A DNA stretch of 62,011 nt, counting the filler. It is 3 parts of 3 records of this genome, joined end to end, with 100 filler letters (N's around TTAATTAATTAA, not from the genome) between each part and the next. Parts side by side here need not be neighbours in the genome. Positions count along the whole stretch, not along the records: positions 30,305 to 52,457 come from DRR378314_1583; 2 more parts are not named here. One strand, 5' to 3'. The notes beneath the pieces are model-generated. The model was not told the DNA's origin and did no database searches. It saw only the letters and a program-made list of their open reading frames with translations. The position numbers and the translations under genes were made by a program. Below, piece by piece: positions 33,220 to 42,197 of the stretch (the first letter of the stretch is position 1; the number at the start of each line of letters is the position of its first letter).

Positions 33220-34590
33220 TTGTCTGACGAATTCGATCTGGTGGTCATCGGTGCCGGTTCCGGCGGTGTCCGCGCCGCGCGCATGGCGTCCGGCCACGGC
33301 GCCCGGGTGGCGATTATCGAGGAACGGTTCTTCGGCGGCACCTGCGTCAACGTGGGCTGCGTGCCGAAGAAGCTTTTCGCCTACGGCGCCGGCTTCCCGG
33401 AAGAGTTCGAGCTGGCCGCCAGCTACGGGTACCAGTTGGACGGCTGGCGGTTCGACTGGAACACCCTGCGCGACAACAAGACCCGTGAGATCGAACGGCT
33501 CAACGGCATCTACAACCGCATCCTGGACAACGCCGGCGTCACCGTGTTCGAAGGTCACGGCCGCATTGAGGGCCCCGGCCGGGTGTCCGTGGACGGCGAC
33601 CGTGTTCTGGAGTGTAAGCACATTCTGATCGCCACCGGCGGCAAGCCCCATGTGCCGGAACTGCCCGGCGACCATCTGGTGCGCATCTCCGACGATCTGT
33701 TCTATCTGGATAAATTGCCGGAGCGCGTCGCCGTGGTCGGCGGCGGTTACATCGCCTGCGAATTCGCGTCCATCCTCAACGGCCTGGGCGTGGAAGTGCA
33801 TCAGCTTTACCGCCGCGATCTGATCCTGCGCGGCTTCGACGGTGAAATCCGCGAGTTCGTCGCCGAGCGCATGGCCGCCGCCGGCATTCATATCCATGTG
33901 AACACCGACGTCAGCGCCATTGAAGGCGACGCCGGCGGCGAGAAAACCCTGCGTCTGTTGAACGGCGACAGCCTGGTGGTGGATGAGGTGTTCTACGCCA
34001 CCGGCCGGGTGCCCAAGCTGGACGGCCTGTTCGCCGAGGGTGTGTCGGTGCAGACCCGCGACAACGGCGCGGTGATCGTGGACGACGCCTTCCAGACCAG
34101 CGAGCCGGGCATCCACGCCCTGGGCGACGTCACCGACCGGCTGCAGCTCACCCCGGTGGCCCTGGCCGAAGGCATGTGGCTGGCGGCGCACCTGTTCGGC
34201 GAGCACAAACCGAAGGCGCCGCTGGACTACCGCGATGTGCCCACCGCCGTGTTCTGCCACCCGAACATCGGCACCGTGGGGCTCAGCCAGGAAGAAGCGC
34301 TGGCCGAGTACGGCACCATCCGGGTCTACAAAAGCCAGTTCCGGCCGATGCGCTACACGCTCAGTGACATTCAGGAAAAATCCATGATGAAGCTGATCGT
34401 CGACGACGCCAGCGACCGGGTGGTGGGCCTGCACATGGCCGGCGAAGAGTCCGCCGAGATCACCCAGGGGTTCGCCGTGGCGGTGCGCATGGGCGCCACC
34501 AAGGCGGACTTCGACGCCACCGTGGGCATTCACCCCACCTCGGCGGAAGAGCTGGTGACGCTGCGCGACGGCGAGACCGTCAGCGGCTGA
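33220..34590 (+). CDS. gor: Glutathione reductase
   Basis: GAGSGG, CVNVGCVPKK, GGGYIA and HPTSAEE; TTG start after TAAGGAG. Confidence 0.93.
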   Translation: MSDEFDLVVIGAGSGGVRAARMASGHGARVAIIEERFFGGTCVNVGCVPKKLFAYGAGFPEEFELAASYGYQLDGWRFDWNTLRDNKTREIERLNGIYNRILDNAGVTVFEGHGRIEGPGRVSVDGDRVLECKHILIATGGKPHVPELPGDHLVRISDDLFYLDKLPERVAVVGGGYIACEFASILNGLGVEVHQLYRRDLILRGFDGEIREFVAERMAAAGIHIHVNTDVSAIEGDAGGEKTLRLLNGDSLVVDEVFYATGRVPKLDGLFAEGVSVQTRDNGAVIVDDAFQTSEPGIHALGDVTDRLQLTPVALAEGMWLAAHLFGEHKPKAPLDYRDVPTAVFCHPNIGTVGLSQEEALAEYGTIRVYKSQFRPMRYTLSDIQEKSMMKLIVDDASDRVVGLHMAGEESAEITQGFAVAVRMGATKADFDATVGIHPTSAEELVTLRDGETVSG

Positions 34591-34630
34591 CCGCGGCCGC
34601 CGGCCGCCGGGACGCCGGCCGCCGAAACGG

Positions 34631-35977
34631 TCACAGCCGTTCCAGCGTCACCGGCAGGCCGTCCTTGGGCACCGGCAGGCTGGTGGTGTCCACCGGCATC
34701 ACATAGTCCGCCGGCACCCGCCAGCGGTACTTCAACAGCACCTGGTGGAGGATCGCCTTCACCTGCATGTCGGCGAAGTGCAGGCCGATGCATTTGTGCG
34801 CGCCGCCGCCGAAGGGCACCCAGGCATAGGGGTGCACCTTGTCCTCGCGGCGGTGTTCGGCGAACCGCTCCGGATCGAAGCGCTCCGCGTCCGGCCAGTA
34901 CTCTTCCATATAGTGGGTGAAATAGGGCGCCATGGTGATAAAGCTGCCCTTGGGAATATGGAAGCCGTCGTATTCCACGTCACGCACGGTGCGGCGGGGC
35001 AGCGACGGCACCGGCGCGCACAGGCGCAGCGCCTCCTTCATCGCCAGGCCGATGCCCGGCAGCTTCTCCAGGTCCTCGTATTCCAGTTGGGTTTTGCCCA
35101 GCGCGCGGCTTTCCTCGCGCAGGCGCTCCTGCCATTCCGGCGCGCTGGCCAGGTGGTAGAACAGATTGGACAGGGTGATGGTGGTGGTGTCGTGGGCCGC
35201 CATCATCAGGAAGATCATGTGGTTGACCACATCATCGTCGGAGAAGCGGTCGCCGTCCTCGGTGGTGGCGTGGCAAAGCGCGCTGAACAGGTCGTTGTCC
35301 TCCTGGGCCCGTTTGGTCGGGATCTCATCGCGGAACAGTTGCTCCAGCACCCGCCGGCCGCGCAGCCCCTTGGACCAGCGCAGCCCCGGCACCGGGAAGC
35401 GCAGCAGCGCGGTGCCGGCGCGCACCGTGTCCACGAACGCCCGGTTGACCTGTTCGGAACGCGGGCCCAGTTCCTGGCCCATGAACACATCGGTGGCCAG
35501 GTCCAGGGTCAGCCGCTTGACCCGGGGCAGCACCTTGATGCCGCCCTCCGGCCAGGTGTCCAGGCCGGCGGTGATGCGCGGCCCCATGCGCTCCAGATAG
35601 CCGCGCAGCGCGTTTTTGGTGAACGCCTGCTGCATGATGCGCCGGTGCCAGCGGTGCTCCTCGAAATCCAGCAGCATGATGCCGCGATGGAAAAACGGGC
35701 CGATGAAAAAGTCCCAGCCGCCGTGGTTGGAGAACAGGTCGCCCTTGTTCATCAGCACGAACTGGTTGGCGTCCGGGCCCAGCATCTGCACCACCCGCAG
35801 GCCGAACAGCCGGGTCCAGGACACCGGACCGTACTGGTCGTAACGCTGTCGCATCAGGCCCACTGGATCACGCATACTGGTCAGAGTGTGCCCGACCAGC
35901 GGCCAGCCCGGATCTCCGGGGACCGCCTTGAGGGGGCTGCCGGTGGGAACAGGCGCAAAGGGGGTAACGGCGCTCAT
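34631..35977 (-). CDS. Cytochrome P450 (CYP136-like by recollection; not CYP153)
   Basis: I-helix AAHDTT, EALR and heme motif FGGGAHKCIG. Confidence 0.95.
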   Translation of the reverse strand: MSAVTPFAPVPTGSPLKAVPGDPGWPLVGHTLTSMRDPVGLMRQRYDQYGPVSWTRLFGLRVVQMLGPDANQFVLMNKGDLFSNHGGWDFFIGPFFHRGIMLLDFEEHRWHRRIMQQAFTKNALRGYLERMGPRITAGLDTWPEGGIKVLPRVKRLTLDLATDVFMGQELGPRSEQVNRAFVDTVRAGTALLRFPVPGLRWSKGLRGRRVLEQLFRDEIPTKRAQEDNDLFSALCHATTEDGDRFSDDDVVNHMIFLMMAAHDTTTITLSNLFYHLASAPEWQERLREESRALGKTQLEYEDLEKLPGIGLAMKEALRLCAPVPSLPRRTVRDVEYDGFHIPKGSFITMAPYFTHYMEEYWPDAERFDPERFAEHRREDKVHPYAWVPFGGGAHKCIGLHFADMQVKAILHQVLLKYRWRVPADYVMPVDTTSLPVPKDGLPVTLERL

Positions 35978-36156
35978 GGATCACTCCGTGGTAAACATGG
36001 TGTATATCTATACTGAGCGCAAAACGGGAAGCGGGACAAGGGGGGTAAATGTCTTTCTGTCGTGCATTTACCCAACACTGGCCAGGGAACGATCAATTCG
36101 CCGGAGGCGGCATGGTGTCGGCGCCGCCGCCACTCTTCAACGGCTTGTTAACGGGG

Positions 36157-36179
36157 TTATCCACAGTTTTTGTGGACGA
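36157..36179. promoter_or_regulatory. Head-to-head DnaA boxes
   Basis: Perfect TTATCCACA (36157-65), 5 nt, TGTGGACGA (36171-79; 7/9 to TGTGGATAA). Confidence 0.6.
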
Positions 36180-36266
36180 AGGATGACAGCCGCCCACGTC
36201 GCTGCGGCCTGGGAGCCGTTCCGGCCCCTGTGTATCATTGCGCCATTCAGGTAAGGAGAACCGTGC

Positions 36267-37055
36267 ATGCGAACCGTGGTGTTTAATCAGAAAGGCGGTG
36301 TGGGTAAATCCAGTATCACCGTGAATCTGGCGGCGATCAGCGCCGCCCGGGGCAACAAGACGCTGGTGGTGGACCTGGATCCACAATGCAACGCCAGCCA
36401 GTACCTGCTGGGCATGGGCGCGTATCAGCAGGAGCAGGGGCCGACGCCCAACATCGGCACCTTCTTCGCGCAGACGCTGTCGTTCAAGCTCAAGGAAAAA
36501 GCGCCCCGCGATTATGTGCATCTCACCAAGTTCGAAAACCTGTACGTGCTGCCCTCCGACGGTGAACTGGGCGAGGTGGAGCACCTGCTCGAATCCAAGC
36601 ACAAGATCTACAAGCTGCGCGGTTTGCTGAAAAGCCTGGGCCGGGAATTCGACGCCATCTATGTGGACACGCCGCCGGCGTTTAATTTCTACACCCTGTC
36701 CGCGCTGATCGCCGCCGACGGGGTGCTGATTCCCTTCGACTGCGATGCGTTTTCCCGCAAGGCGCTCTATTCCCTGCTGGAGAACGTTCAGGAGACCCGC
36801 GAGGACCACAACGAGGACCTGCGCGTGCAGGGCATCGTGGTGAATCAGTATCAGCCGCGCGCGCGCCTGCCCAAGCAACTGGTGGCGTCGCTGGTGGAGG
36901 AGGGCCTGCCGATCCTCGACAGCAAGCTGTCCGCCAGCGTCGCCATGCGCGAATCCCATGAGTGCGCCACGCCGCTGATCAACTGGAGCCCCAAGCACAA
37001 GCTGACGCAGGAATACCAGGCGCTCTATACGGAACTCAGCAGGCCCGGCCGCTGA
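36267..37055 (+). CDS. ParA/Soj-family ATPase (orphan)
   Basis: Deviant Walker A NQKGGVGKS, DLDPQCNAS and DTPP; AAGGAG SD; no parB adjacent. Confidence 0.92.
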   Translation: MRTVVFNQKGGVGKSSITVNLAAISAARGNKTLVVDLDPQCNASQYLLGMGAYQQEQGPTPNIGTFFAQTLSFKLKEKAPRDYVHLTKFENLYVLPSDGELGEVEHLLESKHKIYKLRGLLKSLGREFDAIYVDTPPAFNFYTLSALIAADGVLIPFDCDAFSRKALYSLLENVQETREDHNEDLRVQGIVVNQYQPRARLPKQLVASLVEEGLPILDSKLSASVAMRESHECATPLINWSPKHKLTQEYQALYTELSRPGR

Positions 37056-37157
37056 CCCCGCGCAATATTGCGCATTGGTAAAAGGCGGCGCTATGTACTA
37101 TCTTTGCCGCGTTTGTCCTCGGGCTGGGCAACAAAAAGAAATGCAATAGGAGATGCT

Positions 37158-37967
37158 ATGCGAACCCTTTCCAGGGGCGCCTTGGCGGTGGTGTTGTCGA
37201 TAACCGGGCTGGCGGCCCCGATGGCCGCGAGCGCGGCCCTGAGCCGCGCCCAGTTGGAGGATCTGGAGCACCATCTTTGGCAAGTGCGCACGGATTACCA
37301 CATGTATGCCGTCATGGACGGCAACGACACCTACCGGGTAGCGCTCAACGAAGCCGCTCAGCAGGCCGCCGAAGCGCTGGATGAACTGCGCGCCGCCGGC
37401 GAGTCCGACGCGGAGCGGGCCCTGGTCGCGGATCTCGCCGACCAGTGGCAACGCATGGCCGCCGACCAGGCCCTGCCGGCCCCCGGCGACGCCGAGGGCG
37501 AAGCGGCGTCCGGCGACCCGCGGCGGCTGGACGACCTGCCGGCGGAAATGGCCGCCGGCATCGACGACTTCGAAGGCGCCGCCGACGGCGACTACGACGA
37601 CGTCCACGGGCTGATCAGCGAGCTGCAACAACTGACCTCGTCCTACGTGGCGATCATCGCCGACAACAACGACGGCGACGATGAGGGGCAACAGGATCGC
37701 GGCGCCTTCGAGCAGGCGGTGCCGGCGTTTTCCGACCGGCTCAAGCGGGTGCAGGCCGCCCACCGTGGCGACGGCAACCTCAACCGCACCCTGGAGCAGG
37801 CCGCTCTCAAGTGGGGGTTCATCCGCTCTTCCATGCTCAAGTTCGGTGACGACGCGGTGCCGTTCCTGGTTTACCGCTATACCTCGCAGATGACCAGCAG
37901 CCTGCAGCAGGCGGTGGAGCTGGCCACCTCCGAGGTCGCCAAGCCCACCATCGGTCCGCCCGAGTAG
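37158..37967 (+). CDS. Exported, helical, acidic hypothetical protein
   Basis: AGGAG SD, signal peptide ending ASA, GC3-rich codons. Confidence 0.8.
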   Translation: MRTLSRGALAVVLSITGLAAPMAASAALSRAQLEDLEHHLWQVRTDYHMYAVMDGNDTYRVALNEAAQQAAEALDELRAAGESDAERALVADLADQWQRMAADQALPAPGDAEGEAASGDPRRLDDLPAEMAAGIDDFEGAADGDYDDVHGLISELQQLTSSYVAIIADNNDGDDEGQQDRGAFEQAVPAFSDRLKRVQAAHRGDGNLNRTLEQAALKWGFIRSSMLKFGDDAVPFLVYRYTSQMTSSLQQAVELATSEVAKPTIGPPE

Positions 37968-37970
37968 CGC

Positions 37971-39095
37971 TCAGTCGGCGCGCGCCTCCAGCCAGTCGGC
38001 GATCACCCGCCAGCACTGGCCGGGCGCCTTGCTGCCGGCGAACACCCCGGCGTGGCCGCCGGGGGCTTCCTCGAACCGCTTCTCGCGGCTGCCCACCACT
38101 TTGAGAATCTCCCGCGCGGCGCGCAGGCTGACGATGCGGTCGGTGCGTCCGCCGAACGCCAGCAGATCCTGGGTGATGGCGCCGAAATCCACCGGCCGCC
38201 CGCCGATGCTGAGACGGCCGTCGGCGAGGCTGTTGGCGAGCACCATCTTCTCGATCACTTCGCGCACCACCGCCCCCGGGTAGTCGACCATGTCGTTGAA
38301 CCACTGGCCCATGGTCATGTACTCGGTGAGGTAGTCCCGGTCGCCCATATTGCGCAGCAAATCCACGTAGGACTGCACCAGCCCCGGCGGGTTGGTCATC
38401 TTGAAGCCCAGCGACAGCAGCCGGGCGGGAATGTGGAACAGCTTGCTGTCGAGCGGCTCCAGGCGCACCTGGAACCAGTCGTGGGCCTGCATGGCGGGAA
38501 TCGCCGCGAGGCTGAAAATCTTGCCGAACGGCCCGCTTTTATGAAAATTCACCGGGCTGGCGATGGTCGACAGACTGCGCACCGGTGCCCCCGGGTGGCT
38601 GCCCAGATAGAGCATGCACAGCAGCCCGCCCATGCAGTAGCCGAGCAGATTCACCTGGTCCGACCCGGTGTGCTCGCGCACCCGCTCCACCACCTGCGGC
38701 AACCACTGGTTCACGTAGGTGTCCAGGTCCAGGTCGCGGTCGGCCTGGGACGGCTGGCCCCAGTCGATCAGATAGACGTCGTGGCCGCGCGCCATCAGAT
38801 AACGGACCATGGACCGGTTGGGCATCAGGTCGTAGGTCCAGCAGTGGATGCCCAGCGCCGGCACCAGAATCAACGGAATACGATGCTTCTCCCGACGTAC
38901 CGGTATCTCCTCGTCGCCGACCGGAATCCGCGCCATCGGCGGCAAACTGTAATGACGCAGCGCCATGATGCCGTTGCGGTAAATTTCGTCCCAGGGCGTT
39001 TTGTCGGTCTGAATGAAGCGCCGCGGATGACGGCGGCGCTCCACCATATGGCTCAATGCGCGCAGTGATGATTTCACGGAAGGACGTGGTGCCAT
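37971..39095 (-). CDS. Class III PhaC-like polyhydroxyalkanoate synthase (alpha/beta hydrolase)
   Basis: PLILVPAL...YDL.P.RSMVRYL...YLIDWG, lipase box GYCMGG, catalytic D (TDRIV) and H (GGHAG); 374 aa. Confidence 0.8.
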   Translation of the reverse strand: MAPRPSVKSSLRALSHMVERRRHPRRFIQTDKTPWDEIYRNGIMALRHYSLPPMARIPVGDEEIPVRREKHRIPLILVPALGIHCWTYDLMPNRSMVRYLMARGHDVYLIDWGQPSQADRDLDLDTYVNQWLPQVVERVREHTGSDQVNLLGYCMGGLLCMLYLGSHPGAPVRSLSTIASPVNFHKSGPFGKIFSLAAIPAMQAHDWFQVRLEPLDSKLFHIPARLLSLGFKMTNPPGLVQSYVDLLRNMGDRDYLTEYMTMGQWFNDMVDYPGAVVREVIEKMVLANSLADGRLSIGGRPVDFGAITQDLLAFGGRTDRIVSLRAAREILKVVGSREKRFEEAPGGHAGVFAGSKAPGQCWRVIADWLEARAD

Positions 39096-39178
39096 GGAGG
39101 CTCCGCTGATAGCAATTGATCCGGAGTAAGGGTAGGCGGTAATCTTGCCGGGCCCGCAGTAACAGAGCATTGGCCCCC

Positions 39179-39649
39179 GTGACAAATTCAAAGCCCCCTT
39201 ACACCCGCATGGACGTCTGTAACCGGTCCCTGGAGACCGTGCGCCATTCCCGCAACCTGGGTATGGAAGTGCTCAGCGCCGAAGAAGACGGCGTCCGTGT
39301 GCGCCTGCCCTGGCGCGAGGACCTGGTCGGCAACCCGGACACCGGTGTGCTGCACGGCGGCGCCATCTTCGCGATGATGGACCAGGCCGGCGGCATGGCG
39401 AACAGCTGCCGCCTGTACCCCAACTTCGAAATCACGCCGACCATCGATTTCCGCGTCGACCACCTGCACGCCCCGACACCGGGCAAGGCGGTGATCTGCT
39501 ACGCCAGCTGCTACCGGCTCACGCCCAACGTCACCTTCGTGCGGCTGACCACCTGGGAAGAGGGCGAGGAAGAGGGTGAGCCGGTGGCCACCGGCCTGGC
39601 CACCTACACACGCATGAAACTGGATAAAAACGGGCGGGTAGTGTCCTGA
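39179..39649 (+). CDS. PaaI/hotdog-fold thioesterase
   Basis: LVGNPDTGVLHGG...D and TIDFRVDHL. Confidence 0.88.
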   Translation: MTNSKPPYTRMDVCNRSLETVRHSRNLGMEVLSAEEDGVRVRLPWREDLVGNPDTGVLHGGAIFAMMDQAGGMANSCRLYPNFEITPTIDFRVDHLHAPTPGKAVICYASCYRLTPNVTFVRLTTWEEGEEEGEPVATGLATYTRMKLDKNGRVVS

Positions 39650-40101
39650 TGACCGATTCACTGAAAGCCTTGATCGAAGCCTGCCGCAACGGCGAAGCCA
39701 ACTACCAGGACCTGGTGGACAGGGTGCCCTATGCCCGCTTCCTGGGTATCGAGTTGCTGGTGCAGGGCGAGGAACTGACCTTCATTCTGCCGCGCAACGA
39801 AAACAATATCGGCAACCCCACCTTGCCGGCGTTGCACGGCGGCGCCGTGGCCGGCTTCATGGAGCAGGCCGCGATCATCTTCATCCTGCTGGAAATGGGC
39901 GAGCCCAAGGTGCCCAAGACCATCGATTTCACCATCGACTACCTGCGCGCCGGCCTGTTCCGTGACACCTTCGCCGAATGCCGCATCACCCGCCTGGGCC
40001 GTCGCATCGCCAATGTGCACATCAGCGCCTGGCAGAAACGCCGGGAAGAACCGATCACCATCGCCCGGGCCCACTTCCTGCTTTCCGAAGAAAACAACTA
40101 G
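39649..40101 (+). CDS. PaaI/hotdog-fold thioesterase
   Basis: GNPTLPALHGG...E and TIDFTIDYLR; TGATG-coupled to the upstream gene. Confidence 0.88.
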   Translation: MTDSLKALIEACRNGEANYQDLVDRVPYARFLGIELLVQGEELTFILPRNENNIGNPTLPALHGGAVAGFMEQAAIIFILLEMGEPKVPKTIDFTIDYLRAGLFRDTFAECRITRLGRRIANVHISAWQKRREEPITIARAHFLLSEENN

Positions 40102-40157
40102 CGGCGGCGATAGGGCAACGAAGGTGATATATTAGCGGGCCCGATAGGAGGCCCTCT

Positions 40158-41387
40158 TTGTCATTATCGCCGGTTGCCAGATCCTCGACCTTTACCCAAA
40201 GCCTGCTGCTTGCTGCGGTGGGCGTCACCGCCCTGGGCCAGACCCTGGTGTTCACGCTGCTGCCGTCGCTGGGCCGGGCCACCGGCCTGGCCGAGATCCA
40301 GGTGGGGCTGATCATCAGCTGCTCGTCGCTGGCCTTTGCCCTGGCCAGCCCGGTGTGGGGCTACCTCAGTGAACTCTACGGCCGCCGGCCGATCCTGATC
40401 ATCGGCCTGAGCGGCTACGCCACCGGCACGCTGCTGTTCGCGCTGGTGTTCCAGGCCGGGCTGGCCGGCTGGGTGAGCGGCGGCGTTCTGGTGGCGCTGC
40501 TGGTGGCCGCGCGCATGAGCCAGGCGGTGATCATGGCCGCCACGCCGCCGTCGGCGGCGGCCTACACCGCCGACATCACCGCGCCGGAGGCGCGCACCCG
40601 CGGCATGGGCCGCATCGGCGCCGCCAACAACCTGGGCACCGTGCTGGGCCCGGGCATCGGCGGCATGCTGGCGGCGGTGGCGCTGGTGCTGCCGCTCTAT
40701 CTGGTGGCCGGTCTGGTGGCCTTGATGGCGGTGTTTATTCTGTTCTTCCTGCCGCCGTCGCCGTACCGCGGCGAGCCGCCGGTGCAGCGCCGGCGCACGG
40801 TGCTGGCCACCGGCCTGCGCGCCTATACCGACCGCCGTTTCCGCGATCTGTTGATCACCGGGGTAGTGCTGTTCATGAGCTTCGCGCTGGTTCAGCAAAC
40901 CCTGGGCTTTCTGTTTCAGGACGCGCTGAACATGTCGCCCAGCGAAGCGGCCGGCGCCCTGGGCACCGCCATGATGGCGGCGGCGATCACCTCGCTGACC
41001 GGCCAGATTCTGGTGGTGCAATGGCTGCGCGCGCCGGCATTGGTGTTGCTGGCCCTGGCGGTTCCGGCCATCGGCCTGGGCGCCGGCGTGCTGTGGCTGT
41101 TCGACAGCCGTCTGGGGATGACCCTGGCGGTGATGCTGGTGGGTATGGGGATCGGTTTCGGCATGCCGGCGATCATGTCGCTGGCGAGCCTGAGGGTGGA
41201 CAGTTCAGAGCAGGGCAGGGTGGCCGGGCTGGCCAGTGCGTGTCCGTCGCTGGGGTTCGTGCTCGGGCCACTGGTGGGCACCGGGCTTTACACGCTCGAT
41301 CACCGTTTTCCGTACATGCTGGTGGTGATGCTGATGGTGCCCCTGGCGGTGCTGGTCTGGCGGCTACGCCGGGCCGGCACCGCCTGA
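40158..41387 (+). CDS. MFS transporter (DHA1/TetA-like)
   Basis: About 12 TM helices, motif A GYLSELYGRR and GPGIGG. Confidence 0.88.
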   Translation: MSLSPVARSSTFTQSLLLAAVGVTALGQTLVFTLLPSLGRATGLAEIQVGLIISCSSLAFALASPVWGYLSELYGRRPILIIGLSGYATGTLLFALVFQAGLAGWVSGGVLVALLVAARMSQAVIMAATPPSAAAYTADITAPEARTRGMGRIGAANNLGTVLGPGIGGMLAAVALVLPLYLVAGLVALMAVFILFFLPPSPYRGEPPVQRRRTVLATGLRAYTDRRFRDLLITGVVLFMSFALVQQTLGFLFQDALNMSPSEAAGALGTAMMAAAITSLTGQILVVQWLRAPALVLLALAVPAIGLGAGVLWLFDSRLGMTLAVMLVGMGIGFGMPAIMSLASLRVDSSEQGRVAGLASACPSLGFVLGPLVGTGLYTLDHRFPYMLVVMLMVPLAVLVWRLRRAGTA

Positions 41388-41409
41388 GGCGGTAGCGCGG
41401 AGCCCTGAA

Positions 41410-42078
41410 TTATTCCTCGTAGGGAATCAGGGTCAGTTCCACGCGGCGGTTCTGCTGGCGGCCTGACGCCGAACCGTTATCCGCGATCGGCTGGGTTTCG
41501 CCGAAACCGACCACGTCCATGCGCACGGCCTGCACGCCGTAGCCGCTGAGCACATCGGCCACCGCCTGGGCGCGCTGCTGGGAGAGCAGCAGGTTGTAGC
41601 GGTCGCCGCCGGTGCTGTCGGTATGGCCGGCGATCTGCAGCATGGTGGAATCGTATTCCTTGAGGACTTCGGACACGGAGTCCAGCACCGAACGGAACGA
41701 GGATTTCACCTGGGTGCTGTCGGTGTCGAAGGTTACGTTACCCGGCATGTTGAGAATAATGTTCTCGCCGTCACGGGTGACGGAAACGCCCGAGCCTTCC
41801 AGTTTCTGACGCAGCTTGGCTTCCTGGACGTCCATGTAGTAGCCCACGCCGCCGCCGGCGATGGCGCCGATACCGGCCCCGGCCAGGGCCCGCTCTTTGC
41901 GCTCCTTGGCGCTGTCCGAGGTGGCGATACCGATCAGCGCGCCACTGACCGCGCCGATGGCGGCGCCGCCGGCGGCCTTGGAAGTCTGTTTTTCCCCAGT
42001 GTAGGGATTGATGGTGCTGCAAGCGGACAGGGACAAGGCCCCGGCCAGTAAGAGGCATCCGGCAGTGCGTTTCATCAT
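41410..42078 (-). CDS. OmpA-family lipoprotein (YiaD-like)
   Basis: Lipobox LSAC, glycine zipper, GHTDSTG...NLLLSQQRA...NRRVE. Confidence 0.92.
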   Translation of the reverse strand: MMKRTAGCLLLAGALSLSACSTINPYTGEKQTSKAAGGAAIGAVSGALIGIATSDSAKERKERALAGAGIGAIAGGGVGYYMDVQEAKLRQKLEGSGVSVTRDGENIILNMPGNVTFDTDSTQVKSSFRSVLDSVSEVLKEYDSTMLQIAGHTDSTGGDRYNLLLSQQRAQAVADVLSGYGVQAVRMDVVGFGETQPIADNGSASGRQQNRRVELTLIPYEE

Positions 42079-42197
42079 TGCTCCTTTTTATCCATTGTTC
42101 CTGAGTGGCTCAACAATAAGCGATCAGGGCACCGAAACCATAGCGGCGCGGTAAAAATCGGTAAAGTAGGGTAGCACCGGGATGCGATCGCGGTCTC

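Noticed and set aside
32605-34533. 642-aa antisense ORF, and similar long ORFs at 2083-3309, 27818-29020, 34745-36016, 42797-44353, 44436-46136 and 55225-56631
   Set aside because: Shadow frames of well-supported genes in GC-rich DNA, with no recognisable motifs.
34591-34630. GCCGGCCGCCG repeats between gor and the P450
   Set aside because: Low-complexity GC run; at most a weak hairpin.
36094-36266. Chromosomal or plasmid replication origin
   Set aside because: Only one perfect DnaA box; no AT-rich unwinding element, iterons, rep gene or dnaA/gidA context.
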